DNA of 64,000 nucleotides from Asterionella formosa (GCA_002256025.1 NKIB01009122.1:1-64000); one strand, 5' to 3'. Positions 49,360 to 62,731 are shown, counted from the stretch's first letter. Notes: a model not told the origin generated them from the letters alone. Translations and numbers: made by a program.

Positions 49360-50710
49360 ATGTCACCTATAAAACTTCCAATTGGTACCTCCAAATTGGT
49401 TTTGCCAAATCGGTATTTCCAAATGGGTGTCACCAAATCGGCAGCGCCAAATTGGTAGAAAAATTGTTCTATATATGCCTTTTAAAATAGTATACATTAT
49501 TCATCAAGTAAAGCTAATAGTGAAGTAAGTTGTGAGTGTACACTGAAAACTACAAACCAACAACAACTAAACCAACAGGTCAGCCCAATCAAAACAATCC
49601 CAAATCAAAAGCAACGTGCTGATTGTTGATTCCAAAAGCTGACAATCCCTCAATCTAACGATTCTACACACCTTAGCTGACATATTGACGAACAGGTCAG
49701 CCCATGAATTTTTGACAATTAGTCCGACAGCAGAGCCTCTCCATAATATCCCATCAAAACCAACAGCTGAGCCAGACAATACATACATATAAATATGCAA
49801 CAATACACCACTGCTTGTCCTTTAAACAACTAGAAGATTCGCATTGTGTGAAAAGTCATGAATTCTACTGACTGACACTATATGAATTTTCGGAAATGTT
49901 TTGCAAAAATTTTATTCTTTCCAGTCCCCCTTCCCCACTCCCGACATGGCTGATGTCAGAACCGAAATGATTGGCTGTTGATGCCAACAGCGATTTACAT
50001 ACGAGGAAAAGGCAGGAATATACCCCCAGAAATTGTCGAACCCCTAAATTTTGCGCCGCTCCATTATTCTTTAAATAGTTTTTTACATAGACCTTAAGCC
50101 GTTACTCGTTTTATTGTCAAAATGAACTTGAAGTCAGCAGTAAGCAGTCAGCGATTCTGCTGTGGAAGGTGGCAGCGCTTTTCCGTTTGAAACTTTATAA
50201 CGATAACAGGAAGTATAAATACATAGAAATATTTTGAGATTTTTCATCATTTCGGAATTGGTGAGCCGGTCAGACTTCCAATGAAGTAGGTTGACACCGC
50301 TACATGGAATTTTTAGTAGTATATAGAGCGCGCAAAGATTACCGGACCTTCCTGACGAAAAGACAGGTCCCGTTGTGCCACAGGGATGAATAAAACCGGT
50401 ACAAATTGTGTCCATATATTTTGGCCCGATTGCAATTATTTGATAGCTTTAATGTACTAAACAATTTACTTGACATTATTTTAAAAACTTAATTGACACC
50501 AAGTTGGATAAAATTTGGTAGCAAATGATTCTAGTTTGGTTATTTTGTGACACTTAATAAACATATATATTAAGGGTGTCCATATCTTACAATTTTTGGC
50601 GGAATTGGTTTCAAAAATCTCAAATTGGCAAAAATCTCAATTTGGATTTCTGACAGAAAAACAATCGAAATTCCAATTTGGAATCCAAATTGGTATTACC
50701 TGTGTGGATA
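49360..50710. mobile_element. Probable non-autonomous DNA element with CCAAATTGG subterminal repeat clusters at both ends
   Basis: Six ccaa(a)t(t/c/g)gg copies at 49378-49455 and further copies at ~50500-50695; exact termini and TSD not resolved. Confidence 0.45.
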
Positions 50711-51988
50711 CGTGCATCAAACTTTGCTTGTTGTATTACTTACATAAATTCAGTCGGAAGGTGGACTAATGATATAATGGTGAGTTGTTTTTCAGGTTTA
50801 CCGGACATTTACGGTTGACCCGGAATACTACATGGCACTGAATGCACTTTTTAACCCGTAGCAGTGCCAACATCATGCTACTTCGAGGTATTGGATACGA
50901 TCTCTCGTTATGACAACAAATATCAATTCAGATCGAAAAAAATTCTGTTTGGGCCTGCTAACATTTGAGAATTGGGCCTACTAAGATTTAATTTTGTCCC
51001 AAAAAAGTTTAGGCGCATGGTGTCAACTCTGGTGCATCATGATGAACTTTCATTCTATGATGTCTTCCTCCTCCTCAATTCTGTGTGATTTTGTACATTT
51101 AGGTAAATACAATGTAGATGACAAAAAGGAATCATATGGAAATTTTTTATTGGTAAGGGATAACAAATTAATGAAATATCATGGCAAAATTAGATTTTAG
51201 CATTTTTCGCACTTCCTTAAGCCTATGGCGGTGATGTACACAGTTGCATCAATTTGGTGCATGAGGATGGCGAAAAATCTTTTCTCTGTATCTTCGTCAT
51301 TCCTTGGACGATTCACACCTTCTTGGCATATGCTATATACATCAACAGGATACATTTGGAACATGTTGCTTTACTGGCGAGGAATAACAAAGGAGAATTA
51401 AGTAGTACAAGTATATATATATATACTATTCATGGATCTGTAGCTTATGTGATTGTGCTCATTAGGGCAATTGAGCCGGAGAAAATCGTATGATAGGAGT
51501 CAAAATGGTCCCGGATGAATTATAACATTTGAGGCAATTGTTTTCGCCCAAACGAGGGGGTACCAGGGGCACCGGTCAACTTGCGTTAAATGTGCAATTT
51601 AGCTTTGTTTTCCGAATAATATATAGACCGTCTTCTACCGCTACTGCCAAGAGTACTTGATTACCAGTATGTACTCCCTCTGGGCGAAAGCAATTGCGTT
51701 AGCCAATTCTTAAAAATTCTCCGGTCCTTTTGGACTCCTATGTATGATTTCTCCTGCTCAATTGCCCTACACACATACATAATGTGTTCCTTGGAGTGCC
51801 TGATGGTATCTACCTAAGCACCAGAGAAAGTTCGCTTAATTTTTTGTCATGGTAACAACCGTCTTTTACCGTAGCTACCGATACCTGATGTGTGCGTAGC
51901 ATGACGACAAACGGGCATCCTCACAAGACGGTCTGCTGTATTGTTGCTTGCAACGACCGTATTTTGCTTTGCTCCGTTTAAATAACAC

Positions 51989-52060
51989 TACCCTGGTACC
52001 AGTTACCAGGTACCTGGTACCAGGTACTGCTACTACCCAGTCATCATGTTGGTACCGGTA
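51989..52060. promoter_or_regulatory. TACCWGGTAC array upstream of myosin
   Basis: taccctggtaccagttaccaggtacctggtaccaggtac...ggtaccggta. Confidence 0.55.
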
Positions 52061-52276
52061 TGTCGTGACGAGAAATGTCTGATTCTGATGTTCTCCCTTT
52101 TGGTGTTCATGCCTTTCAATTTGTTAAAACCACATCAACCACCAGAATCACCCACCCCGCAACGAGGCTCGACAGCAATTGTACTAACGACTATTACTAG
52201 CAAGCATCACTTCAGCACGGGTAAGACAAATTTCCCGTTGCAACAAGACGATTAAACTGAGCCATCTCGGAATAGA

Positions 52277-55200
52277 ATGACATCAACAACAAATACCAAT
52301 TTCAAAACGACGATGCAAGTCAACAATGCTGCATCGGTGTACATCAAAGACGATGCCTACTCTTGGCTGCCAGCGAGAATCTTCGAAAAGGGCAAAGATG
52401 GTACAGTCAAGGTTGCTATCACTATGCCGCAGGATTGGCGTCAAACCACTGTGCTATCACCAGACAGCACTGTTTTGGACCTGGAAGAGGCCATGGCCCA
52501 GCCTGGGACAGAGATTCTAGTCGTGTACCGTACAGTTGATCTGTGTGACTACGATCGAGGGGAACTTCCTTTTCAAAATCTAGATGTCAGGGGAAATTTG
52601 TTGGGAAAGCGCGACATGGCGGATTTACCATTTCTTCACGAAGCGGCTATATTGTACAATTTGAAGCAACGTCACGCCAATCTGCAACCATACACTCGTG
52701 TTGGTGATATTGTGGTAGCAATGAATCCGTTTCGGTGGATTCATAATTTATACAGTGACGAGACAAGGGAATTGTACAGTAGAAATTTGATTTGGAATGG
52801 TACGTATTCATGCTTGGACTGGGATCCGCAAGGTTTCGTTCCTCTCAGTGGCACTCACGTGTTTATGCACTTAAAAGATCAACGCCAGGAAAGTGACCAA
52901 GAAAACATTGTTAGTACGTTTGGCAGTTTGTACGACAAGCTTGGTTTTGACCCGCATGTGTATGAATCGTCCTCACTTGCATACCGTGGGTTGGCGGTGG
53001 AACAAAACAACCAAACGATTCTAGTGACGGGCGAATCCGGCGCTGGAAAAACCGAAACAGTAAAGATTGTTATGTCGCACTTGGCCACTTTGGAAAACAC
53101 AAGACCCGGTGGTCATCCACTAGATTACAATGGACACAGCATGATTGGAAGAACAGATACAGTAAAACGTGTCTTGGAGAGTTCACCTGTATTTGAAGCC
53201 TTTGGAAACGCCAAGACGCTGCGGAATGACAACAGCAGCCGATTTGGGAAGTTTACACAATTACAGTTCGACGTTGAACCTATCGATGCGGCAAAAGAAA
53301 AGGGGCGTGCCATCCCAGTCTGCCAGTTAGGTGGAAGCAAGTGCATCACGTATCTGCTGGAAAAATCTCGCGTAGTCTCTCATAGCGAAGGTGAACGCAC
53401 GTATCATATCTTCTACCAATTCTTGAGTGCCGACGATGAATTCAAGATTAATATTTGGAGTGAGCTAGCGGGAACAACAGTGGATTCTTTTTTGTATGTC
53501 GGCGACCATCAAGTCATTGAAGGAGAGCCAGACAACCAGCAGTGGCCAATCACATTGGCGTCATTGAAGTTGTTTCAGTTCGAAGGGGAAACGTTAAAAA
53601 CGTTGCTTCGAGCGCTCTGTGTTGTCCTGCAACTTGGAAATCTCACTTTTGAAGAAGATACGACAACTGATTCTGAAGAGGGCGGAACAGTCATTTCTTC
53701 CAAGGATGAACTGGCCAAACTCTCTGGTCTTATTTGTGTTGATGCCGACGAAATTGAAATGAGTATGACGACTAGAATCTTGAGGACTAGCTACGATATA
53801 GTTCATGTTCGCCTTCGTCCATCTGTTGCAAAAGAATCATGCGATGCTCTAGCTAAAGAAATTTATGCTCGTATCTTTGCGGTAATCGTAAGGAACATCA
53901 ATGAATATACTCGAGCTGAAGCTCATTTTCAAGACGAGAAGACCTTTGGTGAGATCTCTTTGTTAGATATTTTTGGTTTTGAGCGCTTCAAAATAAATCG
54001 ATTTGAACAGTTGTGTATCAACTATGCCAATGAACAGCTTCATCACAAATACGTGCTAGATAACTTTCAACAGGTCAAAGATGAATATCAATCTGAAGGA
54101 ATTGACATATTCGACTTCAGGATGGTTGATAACTCGGCTGTTTTGAACTTGCTCGAGAGTAGACTTGGTCTAATCATTTCGTTAAATGAAGAATGCGTGC
54201 GTCCGAAGGGAAGTGACGAGTCGTTTGTTTATAAGATTAAGATTGTACATCAAGACCATGATCGATTGATTGACGACAAATTGCATCTTCGGACTGAGTT
54301 CGGCATCCGTCACTTTGCTGGCCATGTAACATACAATGCTGATAGATTTGTTGAGCGCAACACTGATAAGCTCCCAGAAGATCTATTACGTACTGTTTCA
54401 AAGTCCTCGAATCTCTTGATTCGAACAGAATTCGAATCCCTTATTGCAGCTGAAACCGAAGAAACTGACACACCTGGAGCAAGGCGTAAGAAGGCTACTA
54501 GTAAAACTGTATTGCAGAAATTCAGAGGTCAACTTCAAGACTTGATGATGAACATGGAAGGTACAACGACCCGGTATATTCGTTGCATTAAACCAAATGA
54601 AATGTTGGCCCCCAAATTGACAGATCACTACACCACCATGCGACAATTAGAGTGCGCAGGTCTTGTGACCGCATTAACCATTTCTCGAGAGTCATTCCCC
54701 AACAAATTGGCTTATGAGTTAACAAAGGAACGATTCAACTTTCTTATGACGAAGCTAGATCATGATTACATGAGTGGTATCCCCGTCAAAGACGCTGTCC
54801 AATACATGCTTTCCAATCTACTGTACTCAATGGTAGAGGAACACCCGAATGGAACCCTCACTTTACCCTTCGCCTGCGGAAAAACAAGAGTATACTTCAG
54901 AGCAGGCGCTTTAGAACATTTGGAAACAAAGCGTTTGGACTACTACACACAAAGAGTGGTTACTATTCAGGCGTGGACTCGAAAATTGCAAGCAGTAAAT
55001 AAAATGGAGGAAGTACGTGCTGCAGTTATCAAGATACAGGCAACAGCAAGAGGCCAATTAGAGTGGAAGCACTATAGAAAGCAGCAACATGCCTCTATCG
55101 CTCTCTCATCGTGGTTTCGTGGGCGTCAAGCAACCTTTCTCGTCCAGAGTATGCGGAAACAACGGGCTGCGACTGTTTTGCAATCCAGGTTCCGTGCCAA

Positions 55201-56769
55201 GTCCAAAAGATACGCTCTTCGGCGTTTTAAGCGAGGCGCCATCATTATTCAGCGGGCATTCAGGAATAAAGAAAGAAGATCAAAAATTACAGCCAAAATG
55301 GCTATTGCCGTGGAAGAGGCTCGCATGGACCACAAATTGTTAGGACTGAAAGAAAAGATTTCCCTCGCCAGTTGCGCCAATACTGCCGCGCAGCAGAAGG
55401 CATCACCAGCTTCTGTCAAGGGAAGACAAGTGAACGATGAGCTGCTAGGAGAAATTGAAAAGTGAGTTTCAACGTTTGCATTTTTCTGCTCACGTTATTG
55501 CCAATTACTAACAATACTTTCCCCCTTGTTCACAGTATGTTTGAATACCTTCGAGGTGAGATTGTCATGTTACGAGGAAAAAATAGCGACCTCAAAGCAG
55601 AGCTTGTTGATACAGAAATTGATAAGCGAGAGTTACTTGCCCATGCTGAAAGTGCAGAAGTCGCTGCGTCCTCTGCAAGACTTCGTGTCGCTGCTTTGAC
55701 AAAGAGCAATGCAGCTTTGATGAGTGAAATTCTAGAGCACAAGCATGAAGCTGTTCATCTACGTAAGGAACTTAGGACCCAAAGCTTCTCCCGACAAGAA
55801 GAACTTGCGGTTGCGAAGGCTGATCACGATCGAATCCTCAAGGAGAGGGACATTGAGATTAGGAATCTACAAGTCACCATCAAACAAGGTCGAAATGATT
55901 TCGAGGTAGACAAAATCCAGTTGAAAAATCAGATAACAAAATTGCAAGAGGAGCGTATCAACGAAGTCTTGCGACTCAAGGATGAATTGAGAAGAACGCA
56001 AGATTCACACCATGATTATCTTGCAAAGCTTATGGATGTATTGGAGACTACTCATGCCGCTCGTGAAAGTGAAACTGCCAGAATAAGTTCCGAACTGCAT
56101 GCTATCAAAGAAGACAAAGATGCCCAAATTCGAAGCCTTCAACGCGAAGTGGAAACACTTCGAGAGTTAAACAGAAGTGATGCCAGCGCATTGCAAATTC
56201 AAATGAAAGGAAAAGAGAAAGAAGTAGCATCAGTGCGACGAGAACTAGATCGGAATTTGGTTGCACGTGGACAACGTGGTATAAAGTTCCATGAAGTTTC
56301 CAGCAAGCTTCGGGAGTTGGTCACTCCCGAAAATCTTGTCGCAATAACTTCGGCAAGGCGAGGACGAGGGAAGAAGCTCTCTGTTGTCGAAGAAGAATCT
56401 CAAAGAATGGAGAAGATGATTCGATTTCTCGACGATTTATACTCCCTAGAAGAGAACTCACAAGCCAAGGTGGATTCGGATATTCTGAGAATGATTGACA
56501 GGTATAAAGCCGCCTCGGCACCAAATCGCGCATTAAATGAGCTTCAGTTCTTGATCAAGCAGTTTGAGTTGGAAAATGCGAGATTAAAGGAACAAGTAAG
56601 ATTGAATGGTAACTGTGGTCGATGCGAAGCTAGGGACAACCGACGTGCTGCTCGTCAGCACAGTGCAGCTTCAAATATACCACGATCTCCTGATAACTCG
56701 TCCTTTGGAAGACACGAAGAAGAAAGAGGCAAATCCATGCAAGGAAACATCAGAAACCGCCGCAGCTAG
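52277..56769 (+). CDS. Myosin heavy chain (motor, ~5 IQ motifs, coiled-coil tail). Exons 52277-52799, 52878-55461, 55536-56769
   Basis: GESGAGKT, NDNSSRFGKF, LLEKSRV, LLDIFGFE, FEQLCINYANE, YIRCIKPN; IQ repeats. Intron 55462-55535 (GTGAGT..CTAAC..CACAG) joins the two ORFs. Probable in-frame intron 52800-52877. Confidence 0.96.
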
Positions 56770-56949
56770 ATATCTTGTAAACAAAGCCGGCACCATTATC
56801 AGGTGCTATGTGATTAATAGTATGATCACTTTTTCACAGTATTTACTAAAAAATTGCATCTTTGTCAAATTTCATGATATTTCTAGGTGGTCAAGGGCCA
56901 GCAAGATGCAGCAACTTATCTTGGAGTGAGGCCATCAGAATGATAGAAT

Positions 56950-58540
56950 GGGTTTGCATCTTTCAGCCAGTATAGGCCGCATTATCTTGTGTTAATTTAG
57001 AATGCTGATGATATCATAATTTTCAATTATATATGGGAGGCCTGCCTGTGACTTCTTTGCAAGCAAATGTTTCTTTGCTTTACCAATATTCATCTTGAAA
57101 CTTCTATTCTGCTGGCTAGAATCTCCGACTTGTTGCCAATACGAGGTGCCATAAGGCACGCCAATGCCTACTACACTCCATGGGTTAGCAGGATTGTTGA
57201 TATATTCCAAGGAAATCAAGTAGAAACGTGAGCCATGTCCATCAAGGAGTAGAGAGTGGGGAAAGCCATCATCAGTTCTGTCAAACACTTCACGTTTATC
57301 AATGATCTTCAGCATGATAGCAACAAGGAGATCTGCAATGATAGATCCACTTTCAGAGCAACAGCATATTGTTGGTATCTTTTTGCCTTTGAACTCACAG
57401 CCAGGACCCTGTGAATATCTTTTCCCCTCAACCCCTGTATTTGATATCAGGTTCTTGTCTTTTTCCCAAACCCAGTCTGCAAATACATCCAGTCCTTGCA
57501 CCCAACCATACTACTCCAGTTCCTTGGCAGCGAAATTATAGGGCACATTGGGGGTTCTCAAATAGAAGCCGTAAATCCAAGAACAGTAAAAATGTGCATC
57601 TTTCTGAGCACACTGTTGTTGAGGCCTTGCAGCTGACCAACCAAGTACCAAGTGTTTCTCCCCCCCCTCCATAGTGGCTATCCTTGCCTTGACTTTTATT
57701 GCTTCCACCTCATCAACAAATGTGAATATATCTGGAGCAGGAGTGTGTATTTTTGTGCCTGACTTTGACCCAAATGATTCTTCGTCCAGTTGAACAATGA
57801 TCCTTTCTTCATTGAACTAAGCTGACTGTTCCAATTTTGTTTGCAATTACAGTCTTGGCCAGCACCTCATAAACATCGTTGTATATCTTCTGAAATTTCT
57901 GAACAGTAGCTATCAAATTTGACTCCTCTCTTTACTTTCACAAGATGTCCATTTCTCTGCATGAATCCTCTACAGTAACCACATCCCAGCAAGATTGAGT
58001 CCGCTAGTACCTCCTTAGATCTCTGTTTGAAGTTGTTACAGTATTTGAGTCTCCAGTCGTTCACCTTCATGATTGATTTTCCCTTAACAAGAGAATTGGC
58101 AAGTTTTAGTCTCTGATGGCATGTGATGGGTTGCGCATTTTGGCCATTTATCCTATCATCTCAACAACAATGTATGAAGGTACAACCTCGATCATTGGCG
58201 AAGCTGTCATTCTGTTGAGTTATCCTCCTGTGATATACATGTTGCGCTTTGATGTGCTTTTGATCATTGTTTCTAAATTTAGTTTCGTCACAGAAGGAGG
58301 AATACCAAGCGCCTCTTTTGGCCCCAAAACTATACAGGCGAGTGTGCCTTTCGCTAGTCTTGATTTACCTTCCTGTTCACTCTGTTTTCTCACTTTTGAG
58401 TACTCCTCCTTGACGGACAAAATGGTAATAATGCTTGATTTTTGTGGCTAGCGACATTGAGGCTAATTTGGTTGCTCCATTTGTGGCCTTCCAACTTCAA
58501 CAGCAGAACTTTCCTCTTTGTTGTTGTTCTTGGCATCGAC
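56950..58540 (-). mobile_element. Tc1/mariner-pogo-like (DDE_1) transposase pseudogene
   Basis: GPGCEFKGKKIPTICCCSESGSI...LLLDGHGSRF...GVPYGTSYWQQVGDSSQQN, with upstream GYCRGFMQRNGHLV; frameshifted; boundaries approximate. Confidence 0.75.
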
Positions 58541-60366
58541 ATGATGTTTGTGATGAAATATAATGGATTATATATTGTGCACATTTTATTGCATGTTGTG
58601 ATGGGCGCAACCTCAATTAATTAATTTTAAATAAATGCTATGGGGCTAAATTAATGTATGTGCGATCTAAATAACATATGATAATAAGGTTCACCTAAGC
58701 AATTTTTACATATGCCTGTAAACTTCGAGGACGTGGTAAACAGCTATTTTGTCCAAAAAAGGTTGATCAACATTTTCACGTATTTATCGATCAAATAACT
58801 GAAATTTTCAGTGTAGCTCCTTCATGCATAGAAAAGCACTACATGCTTAGCAGCTATGAATGGATCGTTTCTGATTTGTAAACAATTAAAAATTCGTTGC
58901 AAAACGTGTTATTCTATTTATAGAGGTTCAAGTAGGTAAAATAATTTCGATGGAGGTTCAAAGCAGTTTTTGAATGGTACCAGCATGTTGCAGTCATTTT
59001 ACTGAAATTCGGTTACGTTACGTGACACAGGACAGGGGGCCCTACAATACATAGAAATGTCATCAATTCACTTTTTGAAATTGTTTGGTTGATCACCACT
59101 TAGTGACGACGTAAATTTTGTGCTAATTTTATTCCTGCAAACATGGAAATGTCAAAACATGGTTAAATGGCTTAAAAAAGCAAATAGGAAACACCGGTAA
59201 GGGCGGACCAAGCAAAAGTAAGCAAGTCTTGCTTACGTTGCTTTATTCTCTCCAAACTCAAAATCGTTCTCCTTTCCGGCCAAAGTGACGATGAAAATAA
59301 TCTATCTTATTTAGCAGTTTCAAAGTTGTTGGGATTGGAAATTCATAACTGCCAGAAACATCATATCAACTACCCAATATAACTATTATATACTTTATGT
59401 GTACAGTACATAGACATGTTATGTATTTATTGACTGTCGACTAATGAAGATAATAGCATACCAATGCTTACTGGTAAGCAAACAATTTTGAAATCTCATC
59501 ATTAGACTTCCATCCATCCCATGTCATAATGCATCCCTTTTGCAGTGTCGATACAAGCAATCAAATTTAAGTTAATAAAGAACTTGTTTTACATTTTTTG
59601 CTTTAATTTATCTTGTTATATTTTAGTCGTCTTTGTAGTCATTGTACAGTTACTGTTAAAGTGTCAAATCAGGTACCTGATACTCCCTAGTAGAGTACTC
59701 CCACTGTTCATGTATATTACTAGTTGCAACCAAACTTAAGGTCACGCACTGCCTGTCATGAAGGTAGCGTGCACTCGCTTCATTCACAAATGGAGATACT
59801 AGTGACAGGAGTGTCCCTGCAATATCAGAGTGGGAGAGGAATAAAATACTCACCTACCGATATTATAACACAAGAATGATTGAAACTCCAGAAAATCAAA
59901 ATACTGCCAACAATTAACTATTTTATGAAACTACAGAAATGAGGGATGATGTGGAGGAGGGGTCAGTAGTCATGTTTCCACTACACCAAAAACATTATTT
60001 GTTCTTTGGTACTAGGAATGCGAAATTTGAATTAGGGATGTAACAAGGTGGTTAGACTATTTACGAGAGTTGAGCATGGTAGAGTATTGTTGGTGCAGAG
60101 TTGTGTGGGATACTAGCTATGACTGCCCAACTTTGAGGTGTGGGTTATGTCCTGCTTCTTCACTGTCCACACTGCTGCAATTGTCAAATTGTCTGAGGCA
60201 TATATTCCAGATAGAACAGTAACACGACAGATTATCAATCAAATGATGTCTTATCATCACACTGGTGATCATCCACAGCTATGTATTTAGATTATTAAAT
60301 TTACTTGCATGCATGATTCTATTAGCTAAATTCATGGTCTCCATATTAGTATGTACCAGTACTGTA

Positions 60367-61116
60367 ACACTTAAAAAAGTGTAAGCCACCGCTATGACAA
60401 CTTTTGAACTGTAAGCCACCGCTAAACGGAGTAAACGCACGGTTTGAACTTAGTTTGGAAGATATGTTATTTATTGTCACGAAGGAGTTGTTCAGATTTA
60501 TATAGCGAGTAAATACGTACGTACTTGTATTGTTGCATTTGTGTAAGTTGTTGACTACTTATTATGGCCCAAAGGTTGCTGTCAACGCGAAATTGCGAAA
60601 AAATGGAAAATTTCATGTTTACTCTATTGAGCTGGCATCGTCTTTCTACACGTGCACATGTATATGGAGAAATTCTTGCCATAGAATTAATTTAGTATCA
60701 TTAAATGTGTGTACGACGTCATTGTGCTTTCGAATACATTATGCATCAGAAGAATTCGGTGATGATGCAAGCGCAAAAAGCATACTGCATAGCGCAAAAA
60801 GGCAAAGTAATACGAAAATAGTTTCTGTAGTATAAACGGAGTAAAAATAATCACGGTTTGGGGGGAAAATATACTCATGTATGGATAGAGAAATATGCAC
60901 TGTAAGCCACCGCTATGCAACAATCTTAATGACTTTAAAAAACTTAGATCTTCATGGCTTTATACACTGAATCGAAACTGATTACTTATTCGTAGAATAG
61001 AGTGCATCGTGTAACATAAACTTCGTACTTGTATCAGGTTTCGATTATTGTATTACTTGAATATGTTTTAGTCGTAAGATGGAGTAAAATAACGGTGGCT
61101 TACAGTTTTTAAGTGG
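60367..61116. mobile_element. MITE (~750 bp) with TIRs and internal copies of the TIR core
   Basis: Left cacttaaaaaagtgtaagccaccg; right rc cacttaaaaactgtaagccaccg. Extra tgtaagccaccgcta at 60410 and 60901. TA on both flanks. Confidence 0.75.
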
Positions 61117-61588
61117 TAGTCTAAAAGCCGGTACATCATGTGGACTAACCGTCGGACCAGCCATAAATTTATGTATGGATCATGATGTGTACAGTATTCA
61201 TTTATGCGTATTATATCCAAAAGGAAAATACAATTTGAAGCTAGTAGCAATGGTATTGTCGCTAGCTTTGTACACGGAACCAGGGTACTAGTAAATTACT
61301 AGCACAATCCTCTACTATTACGTAAGGGGGTTTCGCTGAGAATCCAATTTTTTACGGCTAGCTATAATACGTTCCCGATGTGGCTGCAGCCGTGCATAAC
61401 AAAAGTAAAATAATTGACAATAGATAAAACAAATCAAAGAACAGCAAGAAACAAAAGTGTCGTGCAGTACATAATAACTATAACGTGTTATTCAATGTTC
61501 CATTTTAATATACCGGTATTTCATATGAAATTATCAGTCCGTGTAATTGTAGTACTCACCCTATACACTGTTGCCTCCTATCATAACC

Positions 61589-62731
61589 ATGGGAATGACC
61601 GAAGAAATCACAGCATCGATCACTGTCGGGGACATTGTTGCACGACGAGTGCAGCTGTTTGAAAAGCACTCAACACTTGTGACTCCCTGCCCGATCCAAG
61701 AGCTTGATTATTCTGACGTCAACCTCGGTGCTCCGCTTGGGAAAGGCACTTATTCCAATGTCTACCAAGCCTCTTTGAAGGCAAATCCATCGAAATCGTA
61801 CGCACTCAAACGACTATCAGCGGATATTCCTCGCCATAAGAGGGACTTCAAGACTGGCAGTATAGATCTAGCGTTAGAGAGCAAGCTCCTTGAAAAACTC
61901 AGCCACCCAAATATTATCAAGGTTCATGGTGTGAAGAAAGGAAATATCAGTGAATCGGTAGAATCAGGAAATTACTTTGTGCTCCTTGATCTACTCAGCG
62001 AAACTCTGGAGGGTCGCATTGAAAAGTGGCTGGCTTCGCAAAAGAAAGGCTTCTTCCGAGGGGATAAGGAAATTGTTTCTAGAGTCAACACTTCTGCACT
62101 GGGTATCGCTTGCGGTATGCAGTACTTGCACAAGAAAGGCATTATTTTCAGAGATATGAAACCTCAGAATATCGGATTTTCTCCTGATGGCGAAGTCAAA
62201 ATATTTGACCTTGGGATCGCTCGGGAGGTTCAACAGTGTCGTGCAACGAATCAAAAGCTCGGGTTTGCTGGAACACCTCGCTATATGGCTCCCGAAGTTG
62301 GTAGAGGTGAATTATATGATATGAGCGCAGATGTGTACTCATTCGGTCTTGTTTTATGGGAAATCTCCACATTACTTCGTCCATTCCGTAAAATGAGTTC
62401 TCTTGGTGACTATCAGAAAATGGTTGTTGAGGGAGGCAAGCGTCCGCGCATTGGCAAGGTCAGGCATGCAGGACTGAGAGACTTAATTGTGGCATGCTGG
62501 TCGGACTTTCCAGACAAGCGACCATCGTTTGAAATCATCGTCGGAAGACTTGACGAGATTTGTGGACACACTAAGACTCCGTCCAAGCTGTCGAGGCATT
62601 CCAAAATTCAGGTGCGACAATCATCTTTGCCTAGTGACGCCTTAACAGAGACAGAGTCATCGATGGAAGCACTCAGTATTGGAGTAAGCTCTTCAAACCA
62701 CTGCAATAACGACCCCAAGGTGGCCACGTAG
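61589..62731 (+). CDS. Ser/Thr protein kinase, same family as 20942-22423, intronless
   Basis: LGKGTYSNV, YALK, HPNIIKV, IFRDMKPQNIGF, DLGIARE, GTPRYMAPE, DVYSFG; first ATG at 61589. Confidence 0.93.
   Translation: MGMTEEITASITVGDIVARRVQLFEKHSTLVTPCPIQELDYSDVNLGAPLGKGTYSNVYQASLKANPSKSYALKRLSADIPRHKRDFKTGSIDLALESKLLEKLSHPNIIKVHGVKKGNISESVESGNYFVLLDLLSETLEGRIEKWLASQKKGFFRGDKEIVSRVNTSALGIACGMQYLHKKGIIFRDMKPQNIGFSPDGEVKIFDLGIAREVQQCRATNQKLGFAGTPRYMAPEVGRGELYDMSADVYSFGLVLWEISTLLRPFRKMSSLGDYQKMVVEGGKRPRIGKVRHAGLRDLIVACWSDFPDKRPSFEIIVGRLDEICGHTKTPSKLSRHSKIQVRQSSLPSDALTETESSMEALSIGVSSSNHCNNDPKVAT

Noticed and set aside
9807..52060. CCWGG/GGTACC clusters as bacterial Dcm or restriction-site signals, or cloning artefacts
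   Set aside because: The DNA is intron-containing eukaryotic sequence, and the arrays are degenerate and gene-position-linked rather than vector-like
55462..56769. Separate 435-aa coiled-coil gene after myosin
   Set aside because: Its GTG start is the splice donor of intron 55462-55535; it is the myosin tail exon
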